Assembly (NCBI GenBank): GCA_973895155.1
Contig: OZ316897.1
Location: 1,576,515-1,640,514, forward strand
DNA: 64,000 bases
DNA from: Marsupella aquatica
Lineage: Eukaryota; Plantae; Marchantiophyta
Reading direction: 5' to 3'
Within the stretch, counting starts at the first letter, position 1. Each line of letters starts with the position of its first letter. This document shows, piece by piece, positions 1-12,200 of this stretch. The position numbers and the translations under genes are program-made. Below the pieces are notes generated by a model. That model was given only the letters and a program-made list of their open reading frames with translations. It had not been told where the DNA came from and made no database searches.

Positions 1-1034
1 TCCAGCCTTGCAAGTGGTTCAAAATCGCAGCAGAATTTTGCAGTAGCCATAGCCCACCAATTCGCAGCTAGCCCTCTTAATTCCTTCCTTGCAGTTGGTC
101 TGTTTGCTACTACATTCAATCAATTTGCTAGCAGCCTAGCTCTATTCTCCAGCAGCCGGCCATAGCTCACCCTTCTCAACTTTGTAGCTAGTAGAGCAGC
201 AACACTATTGAGCTAGCAGCATACTTACTAATCAGCCAACACTCAACATCTCGTGCTTGAAGCTAGCCCTTCTAATTCTGGTGCAGCAGTAAGTCTGATC
301 AGCTGCTAGCCCTTCAATTTCATAGCCCACCATAGCTCACAGCCAGCCAAATAGCTCTTGATCAGCATCAGCCTATTTCTCCATAGCAAGCAACTCTATT
401 CCAATCAGCAGCATCGAGGCAGCCAGCCAATTCTGATCAGCATCACATGCCTGAACCTATAGCAGCTCAATTCAATTTCGTAGCTGCCTCTTGATCCCAA
501 TTCGAAGCAAGCATCTCATGTATTGACCCTTATGGTTTTCCTGACCTCGTGCTTGAGTCGCCCCGGCCTCGTGCTTAAGTCGTGGTCGCCGCCGACGCGG
601 TTGACACTTAGCAAAATTTTGGATTTTTTTGTTGGGAAAACAGTATTTCCAGGCCATTTTGGACCGCCCCCAAAAATCACACATGAGTCCAAAATGACTT
701 CTAAGTATATATACATATTTTCTGGACATAGGACTATGTCCTGGTTTACTAATATCTAAACAAAACCTTATTGCCGATTTTCTAAAATTAGGTAAAGTGG
801 GTCAATTATTATGTTTTCCAAAAGTCTTCTCACCTTTGAGATGCTCCCAAAAAGTAACCAAAGATACCCAGCTTCTACCTCAAGTTTCCAGGGATATAGT
901 GGACCATATTTAACCCACTTCCAAACTTGGAACTCCTAAATTTACTCATCAGCTATTTTTCCCGGGACCCGCTATTTTGTTAATTTAAGTCACACCAAAC
1001 ACAAGGAAACCCTAGGTTGAGACCCCACTTGACA
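1..1034 (-). mobile_element. Probable LTR fragment running off the left edge
   Basis: Non-coding degenerate CAG/TAG-rich sequence ending ...CCCCACTTGACA (TGTCAAGTGGGG on minus); composition resembles the 2914-5233 element. The other end is not visible. Confidence 0.3.
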
Positions 1035-1402
1035 TCTAACTTTTTAGGGGTGCTCTAGGGACCTCCTAGCATCTATGGGAAAAATCTGAACCAAAACTAA
1101 GACTTCAAGTGTCGGGTTGTTTCTCCGGCTCGGAATAGTCGCCTATTCTAAATAAGGACGGAACGTTGTATGCCCCATCATAAAGACCTTTCTTATCCCT
1201 TGTCACTTGCTTACAACTCAGTAACCTTTCATTCCACTATCTTTCCTATTCTACCTACTTAAGTTCCTAAAACCTAGTTACTCCGATAGCACTTAAAATG
1301 TCTTTCTTACTATTCCTTATTCCAAAAGCAAAAAAATGACAAGTTTCTTACATAAACCTATATCGAGCCATTCCACAGCTTCAGCATCGTTGTCGCTTCC
1401 TT

Positions 1403-1654
1403 CTACTCGGAGTCGTCATCATCCGACCCATCCTCCGAAGGATCGGCCACCTCCTTCCCTTTAAGTTGACGGCGCTCTGCACTTGACGTGTTTGCCGCAG
1501 CGGTCGACGGTTCGGCCGTTGCATCTTCATCATCATGCTTGTAATGTTCGTCTAGGGAAGTTGACCCGTCCTCCTTCTGTTCATCTTGAACTTGGGCTCT
1601 CCCCTTGGTGGGGGGAGCCTGTTTGCCACTCTTTGAACTAGTGTTTTTAGCCAT
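1403..1654 (-). pseudogene. Short acidic low-complexity ORF just downstream of a PBS (retroelement leader or gag N-terminal remnant)
   Basis: ATG at 1654 (MAKNTSSKSGK...SEDGSDDDDSE), about 120 bp after the PBS; no gag or pol motif recognisable. Confidence 0.3.
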
Positions 1655-1773
1655 GTTCCCAGCGACAGAATCTGCCCGCAGTCGACCCGTCGGGTACGTT
1701 GAAGCACTAAGTCCCCACAAAAATCCGTTAAGACACTTAGCACAACCGCGGCCCGGTGTCTATGCCAGCAATT

Positions 1774-1785
1774 GCTCTGATACCA
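1774..1785 (-). promoter_or_regulatory. Primer-binding site complementary to tRNA-iMet
   Basis: Plus strand GCTCTGATACCA = TGGTATCAGAGC on minus, the canonical plant LTR-retrotransposon PBS. Confidence 0.85.
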
Positions 1786-2913
1786 CAAGTGGTGGACCTC
1801 GCCACCCAGCGCCCTCACCAATCCCAGCACTCACGCCTAAGTGCCCCTGGTGCCCAAACGCCTCCACGGAATACCTCGAGCAAGCACCCTAGTGCCTCTT
1901 GCACCACCAGCGGCCCCTCCCATACGAAGCCGCACTTGCTCACCTACACGACCGCTACTCAATGGTCCTCACTGCCTGCGCAAGCCACCAAGCACCTCGG
2001 TAAGTAACCCTTTAGGATCTAGAACTCGCCAAATCTAGCATCCTAACTCAAGCTCAACAGACGTTGGTAAATAGGTCAGCGATAGGTCCTCCCGATGCCA
2101 TAAGCCGGAACCAGAACCCACGCCCACTGTTCATCCAGAACAGCTCCTTCCTTGGGCGCGGCCCGGGTTCCCCCTCGTACCTATCCATCACCAACTGACC
2201 ACCCTGACCCCAGGACATGCTCATGGCCCAATTAGCGTAGCTTGTCCTAAAGCTTGTCCCAAGCTTTCCCCAACACGCCGGGACCATAATGGCCCCGACC
2301 TAGAATCCAACTCCCGGTTCACCTCACCAATGGTCTAGGGACCGAGCACCCTTGGAACTCAACCTCCATACCTACTTGGCCTTGCCTCCCCAACGCAAGC
2401 TCCCTTGGGAGACTGAACGCGGCTTGGCTGCTGTTCGGCAAGATTTGGCAAGCGGGCAAGCTAACACCCGCAAACCCCGAGACCCCAAGGTGCCCTAGAC
2501 CGAGCTGAGCTTAGGAGGGCGTAGCCCTTCTTGAGAGCTTTCCAACGTATCCAAGAAGTCCTCCAACGGACTTCCCATTGGGAAGATATCGCCATTTCCA
2601 TTTGGCGGTTCCCCTTAGTGTCACGACCGCCGCGGCTCACGACTTCGGCTCGCCCTTGGCCCCCAGGGAGACACCACTCCTCTCATATATGCTTCTGGAG
2701 ACCTGCCACCCCTGGACTAGCTTTGGTCCCTAAACATTTGGCCCCCAACCCGGATCCTATCGCGCATAACGGGCGCGCCATCAACTGGCAACGCCCATAA
2801 CTTTCTCGTTAGGCATCCGCAAGCAGTGTGCCTTAGCCCGTTGTGATCGGGCCAACCCATTGCTCATGCCTAGGCCCTTAGGTCTCATCACCGCTCGGGG
2901 CCCCCGACCGGTC

Positions 2914-5233
2914 TGTGACGCCGATGACATGGTCCTTATTCTTTAATCTGATTAACTAGACTGCTATATGCAAGGAGTAGCTATTGATATTGCATAACAA
3001 TTAGCAAGATGGCAAGAATAAGGGCAATCATGGCGTTAAGAGTAGGGAAATAAAAGCTATGTCGCGGGTGGTCGACGACCATATCTCTTTCAATATGTCA
3101 CCAAATCCGGATCTGTAAAGAGCATTGGAAAGATCTGGTCAAGGCGAGTAAAATCGATATAAAACACTCGAGAAACGGAGGTGTATTAAGGAAGATACGG
3201 CCTGATTGGTGTGACGGGTTAACTTGTGGCTGGAATTAGCGGATTCGACTTCAGTTTCGGGTTAACCCAAGCTCGGCCATGACTTAGCTTAGGTAAGCAC
3301 GGCTTCAGCTTAGCTCAGGTCAGCACAGCTTCAACTTAGGCTTAACCCGGATTCGGATTAGATTGATCCCGGGTTAGACTGAACTTGGGTTAGCCTAAAC
3401 TCGGGCTCGGGTTAGCATAGGCAAGCTCGGGTTCAGGCTCAGCTTGCTCGGGTTAGATAGGATAGCTAGGTTAGTCAAACTCGGGTTAGCTATGTAACTC
3501 GGGTTAGCATAGCAGTGAGTACCCCCTCTCGGTTATGGGGGCATAACTTTCTGTGTATTTGCCCAAATCGGCTATAATTGACCTCATTGGGAAGAGGAAC
3601 TCAAGCCGCTTCCAACGCTGCTATCCACGCAGCAAATGGTTGAATAGAGAAATCGGGAGAGGAGGCGCAAGCTCGCAAAAACCATGGAGGAGGGCCAAAT
3701 CCGAAGTACATAGCCAATTCGAGATAGAAATAAAGTTGCGAGTTAGGGTTCAGTAGTTAGAGATAGTGGTGGCTCTGTTAGGGCTGGGATGGGGCTCCAG
3801 CAGCGTAGTATCCACCCATTTGGGCTCAATATGAGAGTAATATAGAGCAGCCCCCCGGTAGAGGCAAGGGGGGGGAACTTCAGTTGTGTGATCTCACATG
3901 GATTGAGCAGCAGGGAGGAGCTCTGTGCAAGGAAGGCTGGGCTTGGAAGCTGTGTGTTGGGGAGAGCTTGGTTGTGCTATTACTCAAGGAGTAATCAACC
4001 ACGCTTCACAACAACAGTTGGCCAGGTTTGCAAGCTGGATTGTGGCTCTTTCTAGTAGGCAACACAACTGGGTTCTTTTCCCCCGATATAGAGCCTTGGT
4101 GATAGGTGACGTGTTGGTGATTGTAAACTGTGGGGAGGATTTCAATGTGCTTTGCGGTAAGCACATTAGGGAGGCTGAGACACTGATTGAGGGGCAGCAG
4201 GGGAAGCATTTACAGTTCAGCCTGGCAAGGCTACGTGATCCATGGGGAGTCCCGGCCTTTGTCTGGTGGAGAGCACTAAGGGATTTATGGCCAGGGCTGA
4301 GCTTGCAGGGCAAGCGTGAGGCCGGGCCTCATTGCAGTCTGGGGTAGATTGCCGTTAGGCCTGCTACCAGCTTTGAAGTCGAGTCAACTGTGCATGCGTA
4401 ACTTGACATTCGGAAATGGAGGTGTGAGATCTGTATGTGCCCCCAAGAATGAAGTGCAGTGAAGGAGGTTGAGTTCAGGATTGAGTTTGCAAGGCAAGTA
4501 CGGGATTGGTTCGAGTCCAATCTGCCGTCGCAATCTGGAGTGAGCCGGGCTCAGGTTCAGGATTGAGCTTGCATGGCAAGCACGTCGCAATTTGGAGGAG
4601 ACAGCCTTCGGCCCTAGTGTTCGGATCAAGTGTTCTCAGTGAACTATTGTGCACATCTTTGAATCTAATTGAGTTTTCCTCTCAGGCCTCATTTCTCTCA
4701 TGGATGTGTGTGTGTGAGGCAATCTGAGTGTATGATGGGACTAGCAGCGGCGCTGAGAGGTGTACAGGGTGCATTGAAGCGGGCTGGGTGAGGACTGTCA
4801 TAGCTCTGATTGCTGAGAGTGGAATGGCAGAGTGGTGGGTCAATGGCTTAGAAGTCCCTAAGTCGGGAATCAGTCAGGAGTCACTAGTTTATGGGTACAT
4901 TCCGGCGGCGGAATAGAAACATACCTATGACAGTAAGCATACGTATAGACCTATGCGCACTGTAGCGCTAGGCCCTGTGTGTACAGGCTCGATATGAAGA
5001 CCCCTTCTCACCAGAACTATCATGAGCACAGGATCTGATTCCCAACCTTGGTTCTTAGGGATTAAGCTTGGGTGATGTGTGACGGAGTCTTGCTATGATA
5101 GTCTGGTGTTAAGGGCATAAACTGGTGTTTACCGGCCTTCACAACATCCCTTCGTGATCCTCAGGTACAAGGAGATGGTTTTGGCACCCATAGTGACGTT
5201 TTTGGTGTTAAGACCCATGTCAATCGCGTGACA
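2914..5233 (+). mobile_element. Solo-LTR-like element (2.3 kb) with no large ORF
   Basis: Termini TGTGACGCCG...GCGTGACA; flanks CGGTC/CGGCC (5-bp TSD, 1 mismatch). First 10 nt identical to the minus-strand start of 9273-13298; TTCCGGCGGCGGAA at 4900-4913; internal CTCGGGTTAG repeats at ~3250-3510. Confidence 0.75.
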
Positions 5234-5481
5234 CGGCCCAACCCGGCTCGGGCCATAACTTGCGCCCCAAGCGTCCGTTGCTTATGGTGTGAACTCCATT
5301 GGCCTTGGGCCCAAGAGGAGTTCACACTCAAGCCCTCAGAACTCAAAGTCCATCCGGAGGTCCGAACGGCCATCCTTGAGCCCGGCCCGTTTCCCCTTGA
5401 CCCGACCAGCTATCCGCTAGTCCAAGTCCTTAGTGTGTATCCCCAGCTTGGCTCCTTGCCTCGCTAGTGCCACGTCTCATT

Positions 5482-6055
5482 GGAGTAAAGTTACATCATC
5501 AGTTATCAGTGTTTTCCATCAGTCGCCACGTCATCTTAGAGAAGCCGCCAAGTTGGGGCGCCGAAAAAAAATGCAAAAAAAAGAAACTTTTGTGCATCTC
5601 AGCTGGGGCAGCTGAGATTGAGTCAATCTCAGCTGACCTCGCCGAGATTGGCGTAAGGCCAAAAAAAATGAAAAAAAAAATTTTAATTTTTTTTCCAAAA
5701 ATTCTAAAAAAAAAAATTCCCCAAATTTTTTTTTCACTATGGGTGTCCGTACCGTACGGACACCGCATCTCGGCGAGACCCGCCGAGATAGTTCGATGTT
5801 CGTACGGTACGGACACCGAATTTTGTCGATTTTTTTTTTAATGAATTTTTTTTTTTTTGAGAATTTTTGAAAAAAATAATAATTTTTTTTCTTCGTTTTT
5901 TTTGTCCTTACGCCGATCTCAGCTGAGATCCTTACACCGATCTCGGCGAGGTCAGCTGAGATGCGCGAAAGTGCGAAGGCCCTATCTCAGCTGCTCAGCT
6001 GAGATTCAAAAATTTCAAGGCGACCAAACTGATAACTGATGATCCTCGCTACCCC
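5482..6055. mobile_element. MITE / non-autonomous Mutator-like element
   Basis: TIR core ATCATCAGTTATCAGT...ACTGATAACTGATGAT; ends GGAGTA...TACCCC; direct repeat GTCTCATT (extendable to CGTCTCATTG) on both flanks; left end nearly identical to 53030. Confidence 0.85.
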
Positions 6056-7140
6056 GTCTCATTGCCCACAAGTCTCCCCATGCTAAGTCCTCCCCGGATG
6101 GCCTATCCGGGCCTAGACCATAAGGGAGCTCGGCGTCGGAGTCAGCAACGCCGGAGCTAAGTGTTAAGGTAGTCGAGTTCCGCGACTAACCTCTAAAGAC
6201 CTAAATTTGTTCCCTGTAAGAGTTAATGAAAAGCGAATTGGTACTAAAAAGAACAAATAAGATGTTGATTTGGCATAGCCTCGCCAAGGAGTTCTCTCTC
6301 CAGAGGATTGATAGTAATCAATGCACAAAAACTAATAATTAAAGAACGACATGGAAAAGAACTAGTAAGAATGTCTTTTCAATTGACTCATGAGAAGAGA
6401 TGATGCAAAATGACGATCCCCAACAGATCAACAGGATTCTGGATTTCTAAGATTCAAAATGCAACAGAGCTCATAACATGGTCGAATTAGAATAGACATC
6501 AAACATTAACTAGAAATTGACATGGAGATCTAGTTATCAAACCAAGAATTCTTTCTTGTCAACAATTGGTGACAGTACCAGAATGCTTGAATTGGTATCT
6601 TCTCACACAAGGATTTCTAGATTGTCAAATTGATAACTTCTCAATCAAATTTAGATGATTACTCATGGGAAAGGAAACATTCCATTTCGACTACTGGAAC
6701 ATCAGGAGTTCAATGCTACCTAGAATCCATATGAGTGATTCAAATCAAAATCCAACTTCAAAGTATGATGGCAAATTTTCTAAGTATTAATTTCTCAACA
6801 GGAGAAGGAGTCTGCAGTTCTACTCACAACAGGTCAAGGCTCAACAGGAGCACCTGAGGAGGAGCTTCTATGCTTCTAACAAAAACTGAGAACTAAGGAA
6901 AAAATGGATCTGTGTTCCTCCTAAGATGCACAAAGGAAGGATCCCAAAAGTCACAAAGTGTCATTTCCGGGTTTCCATGGAAGAAAAAGTAACTGTCAAT
7001 CAAAATCCGGAAATGAGAACAAAGGAAAATCCGGAAATGGATGTAAGGTAAAATCCGGATTTTGATTTCTGGTTCTACTACTAAATCCGGAGTTAGATCC
7101 TAGTTGGATCCGGAAATGCTAACTAACTAACTAAAAACTA

Positions 7141-8825
7141 CTAAGCTACTGGAGAATTATCTTCTACATCTACTCTAACTGACTCAAATGTAGTATCAAC
7201 TGGACTAGCAGGTTTCAGAGAAGGAGGTGTCCCTAAACTTGCAGTAGCCTCCAAGTCCTTCAAATCAAAATGTGAACCACGTGCTGGACTAATAGTTGGA
7301 GGTGACACTGACGGAAAACGGAACTCAACCTTCTCAAATCCGGGTGGGGTGCCTCCTGCTTCATTTTCATCTCGAAGCACCGGAGAAGTTCCAGATTCCG
7401 GAATCCGGATTCTAGAAGAAGTCAACATGGACTTCGCATCCAAAATTACTTTCTCCATCTGATCAAACGCTCCTGCGATCTTCTTGGCAAAGTGGTTATT
7501 GCACTCAATAACCTTGGCAAGGGTGCCTGGGTTGCCTGTCGCTAAATACTTATCTATCAGGTTGGCTTCCAACAAGCCCAAGGCTGGTACATGAATAGCC
7601 TCCTAAACACTGGTAACTGCAGCATTAAGTAATTTCTGGATCTTCAGGTGTTCCTCCAACTTCTTCTGTGCAATATCTAATTGGTCCACCAAAGAGTCAA
7701 TCTTTTGTTTGTCCTTGAAGGCCTGATCCTCCAAGTCCCAGATCCGCTTCTTAGCCTGACTCTTAATCACCATGTCCAGAGTGGGAACGATGACAACCGG
7801 ACTGCAGTTGAGCATCTCAGCAACCGTCCCAACCAGATCCTCAAGTTGCTTCGTCTTTTTGGTCGCACTCTCCACGAAAATCCGGACATGCTCCAACTCT
7901 GTTGATGCCGTCCACTTTGAACTGGGGGTCACACCTGGAAGACTTCCTCTACTTTCCGGTCTCCGGATAGGTTTTGGATCTTCAACTGGATCCGGTTCCG
8001 GACTCTGTACAAATCTCTTCTGCGTCCTGGGAGGTCGCACTTCCACAACCGGTTCTTCTTCTGATTCAGTCCCCTCAGATGGTTGTCGATCCGGATCTCT
8101 GAGTTGAGCCAACATGGCCTGATTCTCATACTCCTCCGCTTCTTCATCTGTAAGAATCCGGCCCATCGCATAAAGATTGGCTAGATAGCAAGAAAGGGAT
8201 GTGGGGATCTTCAAATGAAGATTCTAGACCTGGTTGGCTATAACTTCCTCCAAAACTTGGCCTAGGAAATCTTCTTCTCTCCTATGTAAGAAGCAGCAAT
8301 CGTATTACCAATCCGGATTGTAACTCGTCGAGGCTTGGCAGGGGAAAGAAGTGGGAGCAAAAAGGACAGGATGTCAAAAAACTCATCATTACAGCACTGG
8401 GACACCTTCCAACCATCTTTCGGATCAACTTCTCCATCAAAATAGTTATCCGCAAAGTCATTCTTAGAGGTCAAGAAGCCTTCTCCCTTCAAAGGCACAT
8501 CCAAAAGCGACGAGATAACTGCCGCGGTCCATTTTTCCGGTTTGGCTCTGATCAAATTCGGAAATTCCGAAGCAAGGGTTGTGCAATTTTGGACCTCCTT
8601 CATGAATACTGCACTCTGATATCCCCATGGCAACTCCATCAACTTTGCACAACCCATGGTCTCTAGGTTCTTTTGTAAGCGGTCCTTCCATGCCGAGTCC
8701 GTGGGAATCTCCGGTCGTAGTGGCTTTTCATTCACAATGACTGTCCGCTCCTTGGTTGTCCGCTTTGGTAGCGTCCGGATTCCGGATTTGTCCGGGGCAA
8801 AATCCGGGTCCTTTCTCTTCACCAT
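7141..8825 (-). pseudogene. Element-A ORF: gypsy-accessory (Transposase_32/PMD-like) domain plus coiled coil
   Basis: ORFs 8262-8900, 7603-8214 and 7141-7581 join through three TAG stops and one frameshift near 8255. MG..KLMELPW, GWKVSQC, FLLPLLSPAKP and PTSLSCYLANLY align with the ORFs at 17469-19952 and 46222-52758. Confidence 0.7.
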
Positions 8826-9272
8826 GATTAGGAGATGGAGAGAAAGAATCCAAATTAAAATCCCTTCAAAATCCGGAATTATCAAATCCGGAAATCTCAA
8901 TCAAGTTGCAAACTTCCCCTCTCAATCGAACGATCACCCACTTCCCCCGTATCCACTTCCTTTCAACTAATGCCTCAAAACGGCAGCCTTGTCTGACTCT
9001 AATCTCTCTTGTGATTACTCGCAAAAGATTTCCGCAGTAGTTTGGTGGTGTGAGGAATGCTCGGTCTGGCGTGGTCTTAAGAACTTGATTGCCAACTTCC
9101 GATCTCCGGTCGGACGTCAGACTTATGGTTTTAATATTCATTCTCCCACACCTTCTCTCATGGCTCAACGGTGCCGTTACTTAAGAGTTTCAAAAAGGGT
9201 GTTATCCGGATATTTCTGGATTTCATACTGCAATTTGCTTTTTATGGTCCTTCCCGGTCAAATTATACTCTG

Positions 9273-12200
9273 TGTCACGTCGTAGGCTTCGGCCTTAACT
9301 CAGACTTCAGCTTAGACGGGCACATCCCTCGTAAATCTGAGGGTTCGGGCAGGAAGGGAAGCACGTAATGCACCTTATTCTCGTAAACTAGCGCTAAGTG
9401 CGCATACTGCTAAATACGGACACCTCCTAGGTATGGTTTGTGTTCCGCCGCCGGAACATACCTTAGTCGATAGCAGGATCGACCCCGGCTTAAGGGCTTC
9501 TAAGCCTTCGTGCTGTCCGCCTTCGATCCGGATTCGATGATACAGGTCCTCAACCCGTGCTCGCAACCACTTACCCGCAGGCTGCACCCTGTGCACGTCT
9601 CGGGTAGTGCGTTCGGCCCGGCGCTGCCACCCATATACGAGAAACCCACACACATATGCGCACACATGCATACAATCTCGATTTACACGAAGGAAAAATG
9701 ATGGGAAAGGATTTTACTACAAAGGGAACATATGCGTACACTTAGTTGACACGACAGCCCTGGAATGCACAGGTTCAAGGCCGAGGGTGCACACTACAAC
9801 GGAGCCCGGCTCCGCACTCGCCCGACGAGCTTAGTCCTACCCCCTCCCCTTGGTACTCTGTCATTCCCAGAGGTCGGGACTCCCCGCATGTCCCGCGGAT
9901 GTCCGACTCTGAAACTAAAAAACCCCCCCCGCCTCTACCGAGGGGTGCACTAAATACTAAGAGCCGAGGGACGGGGTGTCCTCTCGCCGAAGATTCGCTG
10001 ACTAAGGTCCTAACTAAGCTGACAGTCAGGCCGGAAAACAACTGTGTCTTATTAGAAGATCCTAATCTACGCAGGCTGGACAGCAGGGCAGCGCTGCTGT
10101 ACCTAAGGCAGGTGCCTGTCCCAAGAGCCTGACTAAGCCAATCCTAATCCTAATCTATTCCTACTCCGCCGCTAATGCCTGGCACGCTTGCCAGAGCCGC
10201 CCGAATGGGAACGGCCATCCCGCTGCCTTCGAAGCCTGTCATTGTCCGCTTTGAGGAGCTGGACCTGGTCCAGCAGAGATTCGTTCTCTCGCCTCGCCGC
10301 GTCCGTCTCCTCTGCTGCCTCCTGACATGCCTCCTCCAGCTGCTAGGCGTCGCTCGTCAGTTTACCCGCCAGCTGGTCCTGCTTCTCGGCCTCGGTTTGG
10401 AGCCGCGCCATCTCGGCCTGTAGCGTGGCTATCTCCGTCGCGTCCCGCTGGGCTCGCTCCTCGGCCTCCTCCAGGTCTTTCTGCCAGGTGACAGCTTGTT
10501 TCTTCAAACTGTCAATCTGGTTCCGGAGTCGTGTAATCTCGGCCTCGTTCCCAGCTTTGGCCTGTTCGGCTAGGGCGATAAGAGCGTACGCCTTTGCTAA
10601 CAACTCATCGGCGGCTGCAACCTTGGGTCGCAGTTGCAGAAGCTCAGCCTCTTGAGCTGCCACTTCGTTCTTTAGGTACACGGACTCCACCCGATACCGC
10701 TCTATCCTCTGAAGGGCCTCCGACTGGGCCCGACCTGCCTTTACGGCGGCAACCAACTCCTGATTGAAGAAACAGGCTACCTTCCGGGCCATGAACTCCC
10801 CGGTATCCCGGGCAATTTGATGAGAGAAATCTCCCAGAAGCCCGTTCAGAAACGTACCCTGTACGAAGAGTTCCGGGTGGTCCAAGTTGTGCCTGTCCGG
10901 ATTTGGGCACGGGCAGACATCAACACGCGTAGGGGCCGGGGCAGTGACGTCCAGCCCTGGGGACATAACGTGGGAAGGGGCTAGAGTGTCCTCCTGCAGC
11001 GATGTCCAGTTCTCCGGAATTGCCACCGGCGGGTCCTTGGGAGACCCGGGTTTGGGTAATACCTCTGCCGTACCAACTTCTGTACTTAGCCCGGCTAGTT
11101 GGGTCGCATCAACGGTTGCGACGACCGACCCCTCCGGCGCCTCCTCGGTTACGATTACAGCTATTTGTGGAGGTAGGGTGGGTGAAGCTGGCGTGTCCAC
11201 TGGACTTCGGGCCTCGGGTTGGGGCCGTCTCTCCAATGCCGGAAAAACCCACCTAGCTGGGACCAGCTTTGTAACGTTGATGCGGGGAAGGGTTCGTCGA
11301 TCAAACCGGGCGTACCACTCAAGAATGATTTCGATGTGGCTAGCGAAATATGCCTTCCCGCCAATGTACAGCGTCTTCCTTCGCCGCTCCATCTCTTCAT
11401 GGAATTTCTTAGCGAAGTACGACGCCCATTTCCTAGGTTGATAGTTCTCGACCTGGATAACCTGGGCGGCGGAGATCTCCCCCCGGGGTTCCATCATGTG
11501 GAGAGCGTACCTCTGGAACTCCAGCCGCTCAGCTATCTCGGGCATGAGGCAAGTCCTCATCACGAACCCGTTGTCTACTGACCCCTCTGAGGGAAAACTT
11601 GAAGATTGGTACTTGGCCCCCTTGCCCCCGGGAGCCCGTGATTCGACTCGATGGTCACCTTCGGGTAACCCGAAGATCATCTTGAGCCGTTCTTCTGTGA
11701 GGGACATATTCCTTCCCCGCAGCCGAGTCTGTTGACGTACGTCGTCATAATTCTTGACGAATTCTGTCATGTCCTCCCCGTAGTACCTGCAAGTGTTCCA
11801 GGGGAGAGAGGTGAGGTGCTCAAATCCCTGAGTCTTCAGGTACACCGCATGCTTGGGATGGAGGATGTTGCTATGAACGTTTTCCCCCATGCGATGCATC
11901 GTCAGCTTGGCTACGGCTACCGTGGCCAACGGTAACCCGGACGCAGTGGCAGATTCCTTCCTCCTCTTTCCCCGTGACTGACTCGGGGAAGGTGATACTT
12001 CCCCATCCTCCCGATCGGGCCTGGGGAGTGCCACTGCGGTTGGTAACGGGCCCGGGGCGGCCACGGTCACTATGTTGTCTGCTGGGGCCGCTCCTGGGGT
12101 CAGAGCAGGGGGTGGGGACGATATAGTGTCGGCCCCCCGAGCGCTTGTTCCTCTGGGCCGCCTGGTCAAGGGTGGGGTAGCCTCGTCGTCATCGCTAAGA

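Larger units (their letters stand above)
1788..6161 (-). mobile_element. GC-rich 5' LTR adjacent to the PBS, interrupted by 2914-5233 and 5482-6055 and truncated at 6161
   Basis: Starts 2-4 nt from the PBS; similar GC-rich sequence resumes after each nested insertion's TSD. Confidence 0.55.
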
